Assembly: GCA_013388635.1 (NCBI GenBank)
Contig: JACAEX010000080.1
Location: 5,803-69,802, forward strand
Source of the DNA: Syntrophaceae bacterium
Lineage (GTDB): Bacteria; Desulfobacterota; BSN033; UBA1163
Length of the DNA: 64,000 nt
Direction: 5' to 3'
Below are positions 23,873-33,624 of this stretch, in pieces. Numbering within the stretch: the first letter of the stretch is position 1; each line of letters starts with the position of its first letter. Below the pieces are notes generated by a model that had not been told where the DNA came from, ran no database searches, and worked only from the letters and a program-made list of their open reading frames with translations. Both the position numbers and the translations under genes were made by a program.

Positions 23873-26800
23873 TCAGCCCTTTTTCGCGGCCGGTTTTTGC
23901 GTGATCTTGCGAACGTTGGCCATAAAGGCCTTGGATTCCGGAATCATGGTATTGGGATCACCGATCGTAGGAGTGAGGAGATTCGCACTCTCTCCTCCGT
24001 CCTTTGGGTGGAGCCAGCCAAAATGCCACGGAATTCCTATCTGGTGAACGGTCTGCCCGGCGACGTTGAACGGCTTCAGCCGAGAGGTCACAATAGCCAC
24101 GGCCACGAGCCTTCCCCTTGGAGTTTCCACAGACACCCGGTCACCGTTTTTGATCCCTCGCAGCTTGGCCAGTTCGATGCTCATCTCACAAAAGACCTGA
24201 GGTTCAGCCTCAATCAGCCAGGGCAGCCATCGGGTCAATACGCCGGTCTGCCAGTGTTCGGTAACCCGGTAGGTGCTGCAAACAAAGGGGTATCTCGGAT
24301 CGCAGGTCGCAAATGTGTCCGGACCTCCCTCGAAGATCTTGACCACAGGGTTGATCCTCTGGCTGGACATCAGATTCTTCTCGATCGGACATTCGAGAGG
24401 CTCGTAGTGTTCAGGGAAAGGACCGTCCTTCAAGCCAGGTCCGAAGATGGATGATACTCCATCGGGTTTCATAATGAACGGATAGGCTCCGGTGGTCCCC
24501 ATGGGAGGCACGGCATTGTCAGGGACGTCGCCTATCCATTTCTTTTCCGTCGGGTCCCATCTGAGGAGGGGCCGTTTTGGGTCTCGAGGATTTCCGTCAA
24601 GATCCACTGAGGCTCTGTTGTAGATGATTCTGCGATTCAGTGGCCAGCACCATGACCACTCGGGATAGAGGCCCAATCCGGTCGGGTCGGTCTTCTTTCT
24701 ACGGGCAGCCATATTCCCGGCCTCGGTATAGCTGGCAGAATAGAGCCAGTTCCCGCAAGAGGTCGTCCCATCATCTTTTAAAGCGACAAAATTGGGAACT
24801 AATTTGCCGGTCGTGAGATCGTAGCCGTTGATCTCTTTTGCAACCTTATGGATATCAAAATGGCCACCGGATTCGTAGTCCCACTTCAGGTTTAAAATCG
24901 GCTCCGGGAAGGCCCCCTTTTCCTTTTCATAGAGGGCCCGAACCTTCTTAAAGAGTTCATATATGATATCGCCATCGGGCTTCGCCTCTCCAGGAGGATT
25001 GGCACATTTATAGCGCCATTGCATCCAGCGACCGCTGTTCGAGATGCTTCCTTCTTTTTCGAGGAAGGCGGCACAGGGGAGCTGGAAGACCTCGGTCTTG
25101 ATCTTCTTCGGATCCATTCCCGGGCCCTTCCAGAACGATCCTGTCTCGCTGTCGAAGACGTTGACATTGACCATCCAGTCAAGCTTTGCCAAGGCCTGGC
25201 GGACCTTTCCCGCATGGGCGCTTGAACAAGCAGGATTCATTCCCCAGGCAAAGAAACCGGTGAAGGTCCCTTTATACATCTCATCGAAGAGATTTAACCA
25301 TGAGGCATCCTGAGTCGGATCGAGTTTGGGCATCCACGAGTATCCAAAATCGTTCTCTTTCGTCGCTTTCTCTCCAAACATCGATTTTAAGAAGCTCACT
25401 AGGTATTTGGGCCGGTGTCTCCACCAGTTCACACTTCTTGGGTCCTTCGTCGTCGGAGTCGTCTTATTGTAGTCGGCAATGGTTGGCCACTGGGCCCTTG
25501 GAGTGGGTAAATACCCGGGGAGGATATGGAAAAGCAATCCCTGATCGGTTGACCCCTGGACATTGGATTCACCCCGGAGGGCGTTGACACCTCCTCCTGC
25601 AATCCCCATATTTCCGAGGAGATCCTGGATGATCGCCATGGCTCGAATGTTCTGGACGCCGACCGTATGCTGAGTCCATCCCATCGCGTAGAGGACGGTC
25701 CCTGCTTTATCAGGGGCACCTGTTGAGCCATATGCCTTGTAGACGTTTTCCAGGTCGGCCATCGGGGTTCCAGTAATTTCAGAGACCTTTTGGAGGGTAT
25801 AGCGGGAATAATGTTTCTTCAGGATCTGGAAGACGCATCGTGGGTCTTGAAGGGTCATATCCCTCTTCGGAATCCCATTTTCGTCCTTCTCCAAAGCCCA
25901 GGTCGATTGATCATAAGCCCTCTTGACCGGATCATAGCCTGAAAAGAGGCCGTCATCAAAACTATACTTGGGGTTGACGATGAATGAGGCATTGGTATAG
26001 TTCTTGACATAAAATTCATCGTAGAGGTTGTGGTCGAGAATATACTTGATCATGCCTCCGAGAAAGGCGATATCGGTTCCCGAACGAAGCCGCACAAAGA
26101 GATCGGCCTTTGTCGAGGTCCGGGTGAATCTGGGATCCACATGGATAAAGATCGCCCCTCTATCCTTCGCGGCCTGAATCCATTTAAAAGAGACCGGGTG
26201 ATTCTCGGCCACGTTTCCACCCATGTTTAGGATCACATCCGCGTTTCTGAAGTCGATATAATGATTGGTCATTGCACCGCGTCCGTACGACTCTGCCAGA
26301 GCCGCTACCGTGGCGCTGTGTCAGATACGGGCCTGATGTTCGATATAGACGATCCCCAATGCCCTGAGGAACTTCTGATAGAGCCAGCATTCCTCATTGT
26401 CCAGGGCCGCGCTTCCAACGGATGCGATTCCATTGGTTCGATTGACCACCTGGCCCTGTGAATTTTTCTCCATAAAGCTTGCGTCACGGCTCTTCTTGAT
26501 GTTGGCCGCGATCTTATTCAGGGCCCATTCCCAGCTCACCTCTTTCCAGGTGGTGCTGTATGGGGCACGATAACGGACCTTCTGAAGCCGATGTGGATTG
26601 ACAGCGATTTGATAACTCGAGGCCCCTTTGGCGCAGAGAGCTCCTTCGTTGATGGGATGGTCAGGATCTCCCTCGGCGTTAATCACCTTTCCTTTGGCAT
26701 CGGTGTGAACGATGATTCCACAGCCGACCGAGCAGAAACAACAGATCGACGTCGTCTCCTTCGCACCCTTGATTCTAAGTTGTTGGGCATAGACATCCGC

Positions 26801-26890
26801 AGCGGACAGATCGAACCCCAGGCCGCCCATCACCGTCCCTGCAGCAGTGGCGCCCGAGATCTTTAAAAAGGTTCTTCGGGTAATCTTCAT
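23873..26890 (-). CDS. fdhA: formate dehydrogenase catalytic subunit, selenocysteine-containing, Tat-exported (FdnG/FdhA)
   Basis: Two tracked ORFs (26321..26890 and 23873..26272) are joined in frame through the TGA at 26321-26323. This gives ...GIVYIEHQARI-U-HSATVAALAESYGRGAMTNHYIDFRNADVIL..., the conserved Sec active-site context of FdnG/FdhF. The N-terminus has a twin-arginine signal (TRRTFLKISGATAAG) and a CxxCxxxC 4Fe-4S motif. Confidence 0.9.
26284..26309 (-). promoter_or_regulatory. putative SECIS hairpin downstream of fdhA UGA
   Basis: On the minus strand, after an 11-nt spacer from the UGA, GCGGCUC-UGGCA-GAGUCGU can form a roughly 7-bp GC-rich stem-loop. The spacing fits bacterial SECIS elements. 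It was folded by eye only. Confidence 0.3.
26321..26323 (-). other. UGA selenocysteine codon of fdhA
   Basis: It is the stop codon of tracked ORF 26321..26890. The frame continues into ORF 23873..26272 with the consensus Sec-FDH sequence. Confidence 0.85.
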
Positions 26891-26913
26891 AGCTATTTAT
26901 TCACCTTCCTTTC

Positions 26914-26929
26914 TTGAAATTTTGAAATC
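26914..26929 (-). repeat. TTGAAAT tandem motif in fdhA upstream region
   Basis: The plus strand reads ttgaaattttgaaatc, about 25-40 nt upstream of the fdhA start. The same ATTTCAA/TTGAAAT unit recurs in the lysA-upstream palindrome. Confidence 0.4.
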
Positions 26930-27059
26930 CGGAGTCAAATTCACCTCCTTTCCACACGTATAAAAATTCAGGGGAATCGACTGAGGATGATGATTTTCTT
27001 ACGAGATTCCCCTTCTTTGATCGTCATCTTTTTTAGGATTGGGCTAAGAATGTGGGAAG

Positions 27060-27557
27060 TCAAAGAGCATTGTGAAAGATACCACAAACGTTTTTTTTGT
27101 CAAGAAAAAAGTTTGCAAATTTCTTCATCCCGGAAAAAGCACTCACAATCGGCTTTCTCGTATCCGGATCGTCCGATAGCTCAAAGTTGAGTTGCTCTGA
27201 AAGGAGGCTAAGGGTTCTTTTTTTATCTGTCGGATGGATCCAGAGATCGTGGTCTGCTGTAAGAACGGGTGCACCATACAAGATGATGGCTCGACGACCA
27301 ACGATGAGGTATCGGATCTTATGGCGATTAAAGCTTCTTATGAGGTCAACGAATTTAACTTCTTTTCTGGTTTCATCCGTTTTTAAACCAAACTTATTGA
27401 TGAAGGTCTGAATTTCTTCCCATTCCCTGTCTATGTATGGTAGCCGTTCGACAGGGGAAAACTTAGAAAACCAGAGAAGGTCCTCGGCAAGCTGACGTTG
27501 TCTCCATAAGGGGATATCCTTAAGGGATTTTGGATATACGATCTTTTTTAAAGCCAT
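27060..27557 (-). CDS. hypothetical protein in AT-rich segment (possible nucleotidyltransferase-fold protein)
   Basis: 165-aa ORF in a region that looks lower in GC than its neighbours. The motif KIRYLIVGRRAIILYGAPVLTADHDLWIHP resembles a minimal nucleotidyltransferase fold (G[GS]x9-13DxD). The function is unassigned. Confidence 0.3.
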   Translation of the reverse strand: MALKKIVYPKSLKDIPLWRQRQLAEDLLWFSKFSPVERLPYIDREWEEIQTFINKFGLKTDETRKEVKFVDLIRSFNRHKIRYLIVGRRAIILYGAPVLTADHDLWIHPTDKKRTLSLLSEQLNFELSDDPDTRKPIVSAFSGMKKFANFFLDKKNVCGIFHNAL

Positions 27558-27635
27558 TCCCTCTCCTTTAAAAATAATCTAACATTTTCAGAAGAAATTT
27601 TTAATATAAAAAATGCAGGAACCGTCTAACTCTTT

Positions 27636-28586
27636 TTAAAACAAAGCCTGGACAAATTCGTTGGCATTAAACTCTTTGAGATCGTCGATCCCCTCGCCCA
27701 CGCCAATGTAGCGAATGGGAATTTTGAGCTCTTCGGTGATCCCCACAATGATCCCGCCCTTGGCCGTTCCATCCAGTTTGGTAAGGGCAATGCCTGTTAC
27801 GCCGATCACTTCGTTAAAAAGTTTTGCCTGAGAGATGGCATTCTGACCGGTTGTGGCATCGAGGACGAGAAGGATTTCATGGGGCGCGCCCGGACATTCC
27901 CTTCCGATAATCCGCTTTACCTTCTTCAACTCTTCCATGAGGTTGACCTTGGTGTGAAGCCTTCCTGCTGTATCGATGAAGACGAGATCGATCTCTCTGG
28001 CTTTGGCGGCGTGGATGGAGTCGAAGGCAACGGCTGATGGGTCTGAGCCCCTGGATTGCCTGATCAGATCGGCTCCGACCCGATTGGCCCAGACCTCCAG
28101 CTGCTCGACTGCTGCAGCCCGAAAGGTGTCGGCCGCACCGATCAGGACCTTCCTCCCCTGGGATGAGTATTGGTGGGCGATCTTGGCAATGGTCGTTGTC
28201 TTGCCTGTGCCGTTGACGCCAACCACCATGAAGACAAAGGGTCTGGTCTGTGAGAAGTCGATGAAGAGGGGTTTCTCTCCTGATCTGAGGATTCGAAGCA
28301 TCTCCTGTTTAATGAATTCTTTGACCTTATCCGGTTCCTTTAGCTCCCCCTTTTTCAGTCCCTGCCGGACACCTTCGAGCAGTTGATCCGACGTCTTCAC
28401 ACCCAGATCGGCAGCGAAGAGGAGACCTTCAAGCTCATCTAAGAGCCCCTCGTCGATCGTCTTCTTCCCTAAAAAGAGGCGGTCCATCTGCTCCACAAAA
28501 CCCTGGTGGGTTTTTGAGAGGCCCTTTCTTAATTTTTCAAAAAAAGCCATGGCTTCCTCTCCTGCGATTGATTCCGATCCTAACAC
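27636..28586 (-). CDS. ftsY: signal recognition particle receptor FtsY
   Basis: NG domain with GVNGTGKTTTIAKIA, DTAGR and TKLDGTAKGG motifs. Confidence 0.9.
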   Translation of the reverse strand: MLGSESIAGEEAMAFFEKLRKGLSKTHQGFVEQMDRLFLGKKTIDEGLLDELEGLLFAADLGVKTSDQLLEGVRQGLKKGELKEPDKVKEFIKQEMLRILRSGEKPLFIDFSQTRPFVFMVVGVNGTGKTTTIAKIAHQYSSQGRKVLIGAADTFRAAAVEQLEVWANRVGADLIRQSRGSDPSAVAFDSIHAAKAREIDLVFIDTAGRLHTKVNLMEELKKVKRIIGRECPGAPHEILLVLDATTGQNAISQAKLFNEVIGVTGIALTKLDGTAKGGIIVGITEELKIPIRYIGVGEGIDDLKEFNANEFVQALF

Positions 28587-28668
28587 CCTGGAGGGTCAAA
28601 ATCAAATAATCCTGGATTGGCCGTTTCTGAAAAAAAGCGGGCGGGGAGGAATTTAAAATTGCTCGCTC

Positions 28669-28696
28669 AAAAAAAAGGCGAGGTTTTGACCTCGCC
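28669..28696 (-). terminator. Rho-independent terminator downstream of dnaK
   Basis: On the minus strand, GGCGAGGT-caaa-ACCTCGCC is followed by a T8 run. Confidence 0.6.
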
Positions 28697-28723
28697 CTCT
28701 CTTCACGTTCTTTTCATGAAGGA

Positions 28724-30640
28724 TTATTTTTTTACGTCCTCGAAATCGGCATCGACCACATCCTCCTGGCTGGCTCGCCTCGGGCCTTCCTGAGCTCCTG
28801 CCTCAGCACCGGCTCCTGCCGCTCCAGCTCCCTTTGAGGCTTTGGCATACATCGCCTCCGCCAATTTATGGGAGGAACGGGTGAGGTCTTCCTGTGCCGA
28901 TTTGATCGTGCCCGGGTCATTCGACTCCATCGCCTTTTTCGCCTTGGCGATGGCCTCTTCGATGTTCTGTTTATCAGCGGCCTCGATCTTATCGCTGTAT
29001 TCCTTCAGAGATTTTTCGGTCGTGTAGATCAGGCTATCGAGCTGGTTTCTCGCCTCGGCCAGTTCCCGTCTCTTCTTATCCTCTGCCGCATGGGCCTCGG
29101 CGTCCCTGACCATCTTTTTGATTTCCTCTTCCGTCAAGCCGCTCGAAGCAGTGATCCGGATCGATTGTTCCTTGCCTGTCCCGAGGTCTTTTGCGGAGAC
29201 ATGGACAATCCCATTGGCATCGATATCGAAGGTGACCTCAATCTGCGGAACCCCTCTCGGAGCAGGAGGGATGCCGACCAGCTCAAACTGGCCCAGGGTC
29301 TTATTATCCGCGGCCATCTCCCTTTCTCCCTGAAGCACATGGATCGTCACTGCTGGCTGGTTATCCGATGCCGTTGAGAAGATCTGACTCTTCCTCGTGG
29401 GGATCGTCGTATTTCGCTCGATCAGCCTCGTAAAAACACCACCCAGCGTTTCGATTCCAAGGGAGAGGGGGGTGACGTCCAGGAGCAACACATCCTTGAC
29501 CTCGCCCTTCAGAACGCCTGCCTGAATGGCTGCCCCGATCGCCACGGCCTCGTCAGGGTTGACGCTCTTGTTCGGTTCCTTTCCGAAGATCGCCTTCACC
29601 TTCTCCTGCACCTTGGGCATCCGGGTCATGCCGCCGACCAGAATCACCTCATCAATATCCCTGGGCGAAAGCCCGGCGTCCGCAAGGGCCTGACGGCAGG
29701 GTCCCTCCACCATCTCAATCAGATCCTCTGTCAGTTTTTCCAGCTTAGCACGGGTCAGCTTCATATTCAGATGCTTCGGCCCAGAGGCGTCAGCCGTGAT
29801 GAAGGGAAGGTTGATATCGGTCTCCATCATGGAGGAGAGCTCAATCTTCGCCTTTTCAGCAGCCTCTTTCAGCCGCTGGAGGGCCATTCGATCCTTTCTC
29901 AGATCGATCCCCTGATCCTTTCGAAATTCATCGGCTAAGTAGTCGATGATCCGCTGGTCAAAGTCATCTCCACCGAGGTGGGTGTTTCCATTGGTCGATT
30001 TGACCTCGAAGACGCCCTCGCCTAACTCTAAGATCGAGATATCGAAGGTCCCGCCTCCCAGATCGAAGACAGCGATCTTCTCATCCTTCTTCTTGTCCAA
30101 TCCGTAAGCGAGAGAGGCGGCTGTCGGCTCGTTGATGATTCGGATGACATTGAGGCCTGCAATCCTTCCCGCATCCTTGGTCGCCTGTCGTTGACTGTCG
30201 TTGAAGTAGGCCGGGACCGTGATCACCGCATCGGTCACCTTTTCACCGAGATAGGCCTCTGCCGTCTCCTTCATCTTCTGAAGGATGAAGGCGGAGATTT
30301 CAGGAGGGCTGTAGTCCTTATCCCTCACCCTGACCCACGCATCCCCGTTCTTGTTTTCGACGATCTTGTAGGGAAGGATCTTGCGGTCCTTCACCACCTC
30401 TGGATCGTTATACTTCCTTCCCATCAGACGCTTGATGGAGAAGATCGTATTCTCAGAGTTTGTGATCGCCTGCCGTTTGGCAATCTGTCCCACCACTCTT
30501 TCACCTTTATCTGTAAAGGCAACGACGGAAGGAGTGGTTCGGCTCCCCTCGGGGTTGGCGATCACCACCGGGTCGCCTCCTTCCATGACTGCCACTACAG
30601 AGTTCGTTGTTCCTAAATCAATTCCAATTGTTTTTGCCAT
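28724..30640 (-). CDS. dnaK: molecular chaperone DnaK (Hsp70)
   Basis: 638 aa. Canonical Hsp70 signatures are present (IDLGTTNS; DLGGGTFD; [11 protein letters not shown]). Confidence 0.95.
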   Translation of the reverse strand: MAKTIGIDLGTTNSVVAVMEGGDPVVIANPEGSRTTPSVVAFTDKGERVVGQIAKRQAITNSENTIFSIKRLMGRKYNDPEVVKDRKILPYKIVENKNGDAWVRVRDKDYSPPEISAFILQKMKETAEAYLGEKVTDAVITVPAYFNDSQRQATKDAGRIAGLNVIRIINEPTAASLAYGLDKKKDEKIAVFDLGGGTFDISILELGEGVFEVKSTNGNTHLGGDDFDQRIIDYLADEFRKDQGIDLRKDRMALQRLKEAAEKAKIELSSMMETDINLPFITADASGPKHLNMKLTRAKLEKLTEDLIEMVEGPCRQALADAGLSPRDIDEVILVGGMTRMPKVQEKVKAIFGKEPNKSVNPDEAVAIGAAIQAGVLKGEVKDVLLLDVTPLSLGIETLGGVFTRLIERNTTIPTRKSQIFSTASDNQPAVTIHVLQGEREMAADNKTLGQFELVGIPPAPRGVPQIEVTFDIDANGIVHVSAKDLGTGKEQSIRITASSGLTEEEIKKMVRDAEAHAAEDKKRRELAEARNQLDSLIYTTEKSLKEYSDKIEAADKQNIEEAIAKAKKAMESNDPGTIKSAQEDLTRSSHKLAEAMYAKASKGAGAAGAGAEAGAQEGPRRASQEDVVDADFEDVKK

Positions 30641-30674
30641 TGTCTTTCCCCCTTCTTAAACGTAGTATGAACGA

Positions 30675-31289
30675 TCATTCCGTTACCTGAGCCTCCTTCT
30701 CGATCGGCTTCGATACCGAGACAGTAGCCGGTCTCAAGAGACGGTCGTTGAATAGATAGCCTTTCTGAAATTCCTCCACCACCTGATTCGGTTCGTATTG
30801 ATCCGTTGGCACCACCAAGATCGCCTCGTGAAGGGCCGGATCGAAGGGCTTTCCGCGCGACTCAAACGAAGAGAGCCCAAACCTCCGCAGCTCCTGAAGA
30901 AGCTGCTGAATTGTTAGCCGCACGCCCTCGATCAGAACGCCCGTGTCCTCCACCTTTTCAGCGTGATTGACCGCCCTCTCCAGATTGTCGATAAAAGGGA
31001 GGATGGTCCTCATCAAATCCTCGTTTGCAAACTTGGTCCAATCCTCCTTCTCTCTCGCTGCCCTTTTCTTGTAGTTATCAAAGTCAGCAGCCACCCTCAG
31101 CAAGCGGTCGTAATGTTCCTTGGCCTCCTTTTCTTTCTCCTCCAATTTCTTCTTCAATTCCTCTATCTCCTTTTCCTTCTCTTCCAGGTGCATCTGGGGT
31201 TCCTGGCCGAGGTGATCGAGGAGAGTCTCGCTTCTCTCCCCTTCTGAAGTTCCCTGATGCTTATTCTTTCCTTCCTTCTTTTCACCCAT
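30675..31289 (-). CDS. grpE: nucleotide exchange factor GrpE
   Basis: C-terminal GrpE domain plus an acidic/lysine-rich N-terminal tail. The start is uncertain. The tracked TTG is at 31334. The in-frame ATG at 31289 has a GGGAG RBS. Confidence 0.8.
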   Translation of the reverse strand: MGEKKEGKNKHQGTSEGERSETLLDHLGQEPQMHLEEKEKEIEELKKKLEEKEKEAKEHYDRLLRVAADFDNYKKRAAREKEDWTKFANEDLMRTILPFIDNLERAVNHAEKVEDTGVLIEGVRLTIQQLLQELRRFGLSSFESRGKPFDPALHEAILVVPTDQYEPNQVVEEFQKGYLFNDRLLRPATVSVSKPIEKEAQVTE

Positions 31290-31341
31290 TCTTCTTACTC
31301 CCATCTTTTCGTGCATCAAATTCGAAACAGTCAAAGCAGGT

Positions 31342-32376
31342 TTAGGGGGCCTCCAGAACCTCTGTCAGAAGCTTCGCCGTATAATCGACCAGAGGAATCA
31401 CCCTCGAATAGTTCATCCGACGGGGTCCGATCACCCCTAAGGCTCCCCAGACCTTTCCTGGACAGCCATAGGTCGAGGTGACCAGACTGCAGTTCTCCAT
31501 TTCCTGGACCTGGCTTTCAGAGCCGATTGCGATCTGCACACCCCTGGGTTGCATCAACTTGTCCAGAAGTTTGACCATGGTCGCCTTTTCTTCAAAGGCC
31601 CGGAAGAGATCGGTCATCCTTGAAATGTTACAGAACTCAGGTTCCTGAAGGATGTTCGACCTCCCCTCGATGAACACATCGGTCTCGTCGATGGAGGAGA
31701 GGGCCTTTTCTCCCAATTTGAGCGCCTGTTCCAGCAGGCGGTCATAAGCATTCTTTTCCACCCTCATCTGTTCGAGAAGTTTTTCTCTGGCCTGCAGAAG
31801 GGTGAGCCCGCTGAGGAGATCGTTCATGTAATCCGAGAGACGATCCAGCTGGGATTGAGAGAGGTCTTCATTCACCTCGATCATCCGGTTGTGGACCAGG
31901 CCAGTGGTGCTCACCAGAATGGCCAGGACCAGATACTTCCTCAATCTCACAAACTCAATATGCTGAAGCAGGACGGAACTCATCCTCGGGGCCCAGACCA
32001 CGGCCAGATAGTGAGAGGATGAGGAGAGGATCCGGCATGTTTCACGAAACAGATCTTTGACTTCGGTTTGATGGCCGAAGTATTTGGAGCGGATCTGCTG
32101 CTTTTCCTCGTCACTCAAGGCGCGGACGTCGAGAATAGAATCGACATAGAATCGGAACCCCTTCTCCGTCGGAACCCTCCCTGCTGAAGGGTAGGGTTGA
32201 AAGATCAAGCCGAGCTCCTCCAGATCGGCCATGATGTTTCGGATCGTAGCAGGGCTGAGGTTGAGCCTCGATGCCTTTGAAACCGCTTTCGAACCCACCG
32301 GTTCAGCAGTAAGGATGTAATCCTCGACAATATTCTTAAGAACGAGTCTCATTCGCTCAGAAATCGAAAAAACCAT
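31342..32376 (-). CDS. hrcA: heat-inducible transcription repressor HrcA
   Basis: 344 aa. N-terminal winged HTH (LTAEPVGSKAVSKASRLNLSPATIRNIMADLEELG) and the HrcA C-domain. It is the first gene of hrcA-grpE-dnaK. Confidence 0.85.
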   Translation of the reverse strand: MVFSISERMRLVLKNIVEDYILTAEPVGSKAVSKASRLNLSPATIRNIMADLEELGLIFQPYPSAGRVPTEKGFRFYVDSILDVRALSDEEKQQIRSKYFGHQTEVKDLFRETCRILSSSSHYLAVVWAPRMSSVLLQHIEFVRLRKYLVLAILVSTTGLVHNRMIEVNEDLSQSQLDRLSDYMNDLLSGLTLLQAREKLLEQMRVEKNAYDRLLEQALKLGEKALSSIDETDVFIEGRSNILQEPEFCNISRMTDLFRAFEEKATMVKLLDKLMQPRGVQIAIGSESQVQEMENCSLVTSTYGCPGKVWGALGVIGPRRMNYSRVIPLVDYTAKLLTEVLEAP

Positions 32377-32450
32377 AAATCCCTCTCGGTCTTGGCCAGC
32401 CTCGTCTCGGAGGTTGATCGGTTAGGAATAAGTGTCCTATTTTTAAGTAA

Positions 32451-32479
32451 AAAATAATAACGGGCACACGGTTTGTCAA
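32451..32479 (-). promoter_or_regulatory. sigma70-like promoter upstream of hrcA (TTGACA-N17-TATTTT)
   Basis: The minus strand reads CTTGACA-aaccgtgtgcccgttat-TATTTT, about 75 nt upstream of the hrcA ATG. No canonical CIRCE (TTAGCACTC-N9-GAGTGCTAA) was seen. Confidence 0.3.
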
Positions 32480-32498
32480 GAAAATGGATGAGGCTGGA

Positions 32499-33500
32499 CT
32501 ACTCTTCTTCTAATATATTTTTAACAATATTTTCAGGGGGTTCTGTCTGGTCCCATGGCTCGGCTGCGTAGAAGAACTGCTCGAATGCGCGATGATAGTG
32601 AGTCCATTTCGATCCCGGCTGGACTTCGGCTCTTAGAAATTGTTTAATTCCATTAATCTTTGCATCCATGTCATCAAGATAGTGGAGCATCACCGCCTCT
32701 AAGGTCATAGGCCTTTTGGGAGAACCCCAACTATATTGACCGTGATGGCTGATGAGGAGGTGTTTTAGCAGCATTGAAAGATCTTTTGGGAAATCGGGTA
32801 GTTGACGGATTTTAGCTTCCACCCTTTCGATTCCAAGAACGATGTGGCCGAGGAGGCGCCCCTCATCGGAGTAGCCAAAAGACCGCCGGTAGGAGAGCTC
32901 ATCCACCTTGCCCAGGTCGTGGAGAATGGATCCTGTGATGAGCAGGTCGATGTTCAGGCCGGGGTAGTGGCTCGCGTTGTTCAGTACCAGCTGGGTTAGG
33001 GAAAGGGTATGCTCCAACAGGCCGCCCAAACAGGTATGGTGAAGCCAGGTGGAGGCAGGGGCGATCCTAAACTTTTCCACAAAGGCCGTATCTTCCCAGA
33101 AGAGGCGCAGAAGCTGGCTGAGGTGTTCGTTTCGGACCTGCTGACCGATTTCGATAAGAGACTGAAGCATCTCCTCGATATTTTTTTCAGTCATGGGGAA
33201 GAAGTCGGAGAGAGCGATTTCCTCCTCTTTGAGTTTCTCGATATGAGTGACATTGATTTGGAGACGATCCTGAAAAGAGACTGCTTTCCCCTTTACCAGG
33301 ACGAAGTCATCCCTCTCAAAAGATCCCTCGAACGCCTCCACGGACGTCCAAATCCTGGCTTCTATCTCACCTGAACGGTCGGTCAGTTTCAGCTTCAGGT
33401 AGGGATTTCCGTTTCTTGTCACACCCGAGGATTTTTCTTTGACGAGAAAGGATGAGTCCACATGGTCGTTCTCTCTGATCTCATGAATATAGGTTTTCAT
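32499..33500 (-). CDS. YhaM-like 3'-5' exoribonuclease (OB-fold plus HD domain)
   Basis: HD-domain motifs (HHTCLGGLLEHT...HDLGK...SHHG) follow an N-terminal OB-fold. Start at the internal ATG 33500 (MKTYIHEIRE). The tracked start at 33533 is TTG. Confidence 0.7.
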   Translation of the reverse strand: MKTYIHEIRENDHVDSSFLVKEKSSGVTRNGNPYLKLKLTDRSGEIEARIWTSVEAFEGSFERDDFVLVKGKAVSFQDRLQINVTHIEKLKEEEIALSDFFPMTEKNIEEMLQSLIEIGQQVRNEHLSQLLRLFWEDTAFVEKFRIAPASTWLHHTCLGGLLEHTLSLTQLVLNNASHYPGLNIDLLITGSILHDLGKVDELSYRRSFGYSDEGRLLGHIVLGIERVEAKIRQLPDFPKDLSMLLKHLLISHHGQYSWGSPKRPMTLEAVMLHYLDDMDAKINGIKQFLRAEVQPGSKWTHYHRAFEQFFYAAEPWDQTEPPENIVKNILEEE

Positions 33501-33624
33501 CAAATTTACCCAACCTGTAAAAACAGAGGTCAATGGTCATAAGGTTAAGGCTAAGATGCCCGTTTCCTCAAGGGGTAGTGTCTTTGGTCTTTAAGATCTT
33601 TTGACCGTAACCCTTCGACTATCT

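Noticed and set aside
23149-24454. Plus-strand ORFs of 251 and 223 aa
   Set aside because: - They are antisense to fdhB and fdhA, which have unambiguous FeS and FDH signatures.
27976-28386. 136-aa plus-strand ORF
   Set aside because: - It is antisense to ftsY.
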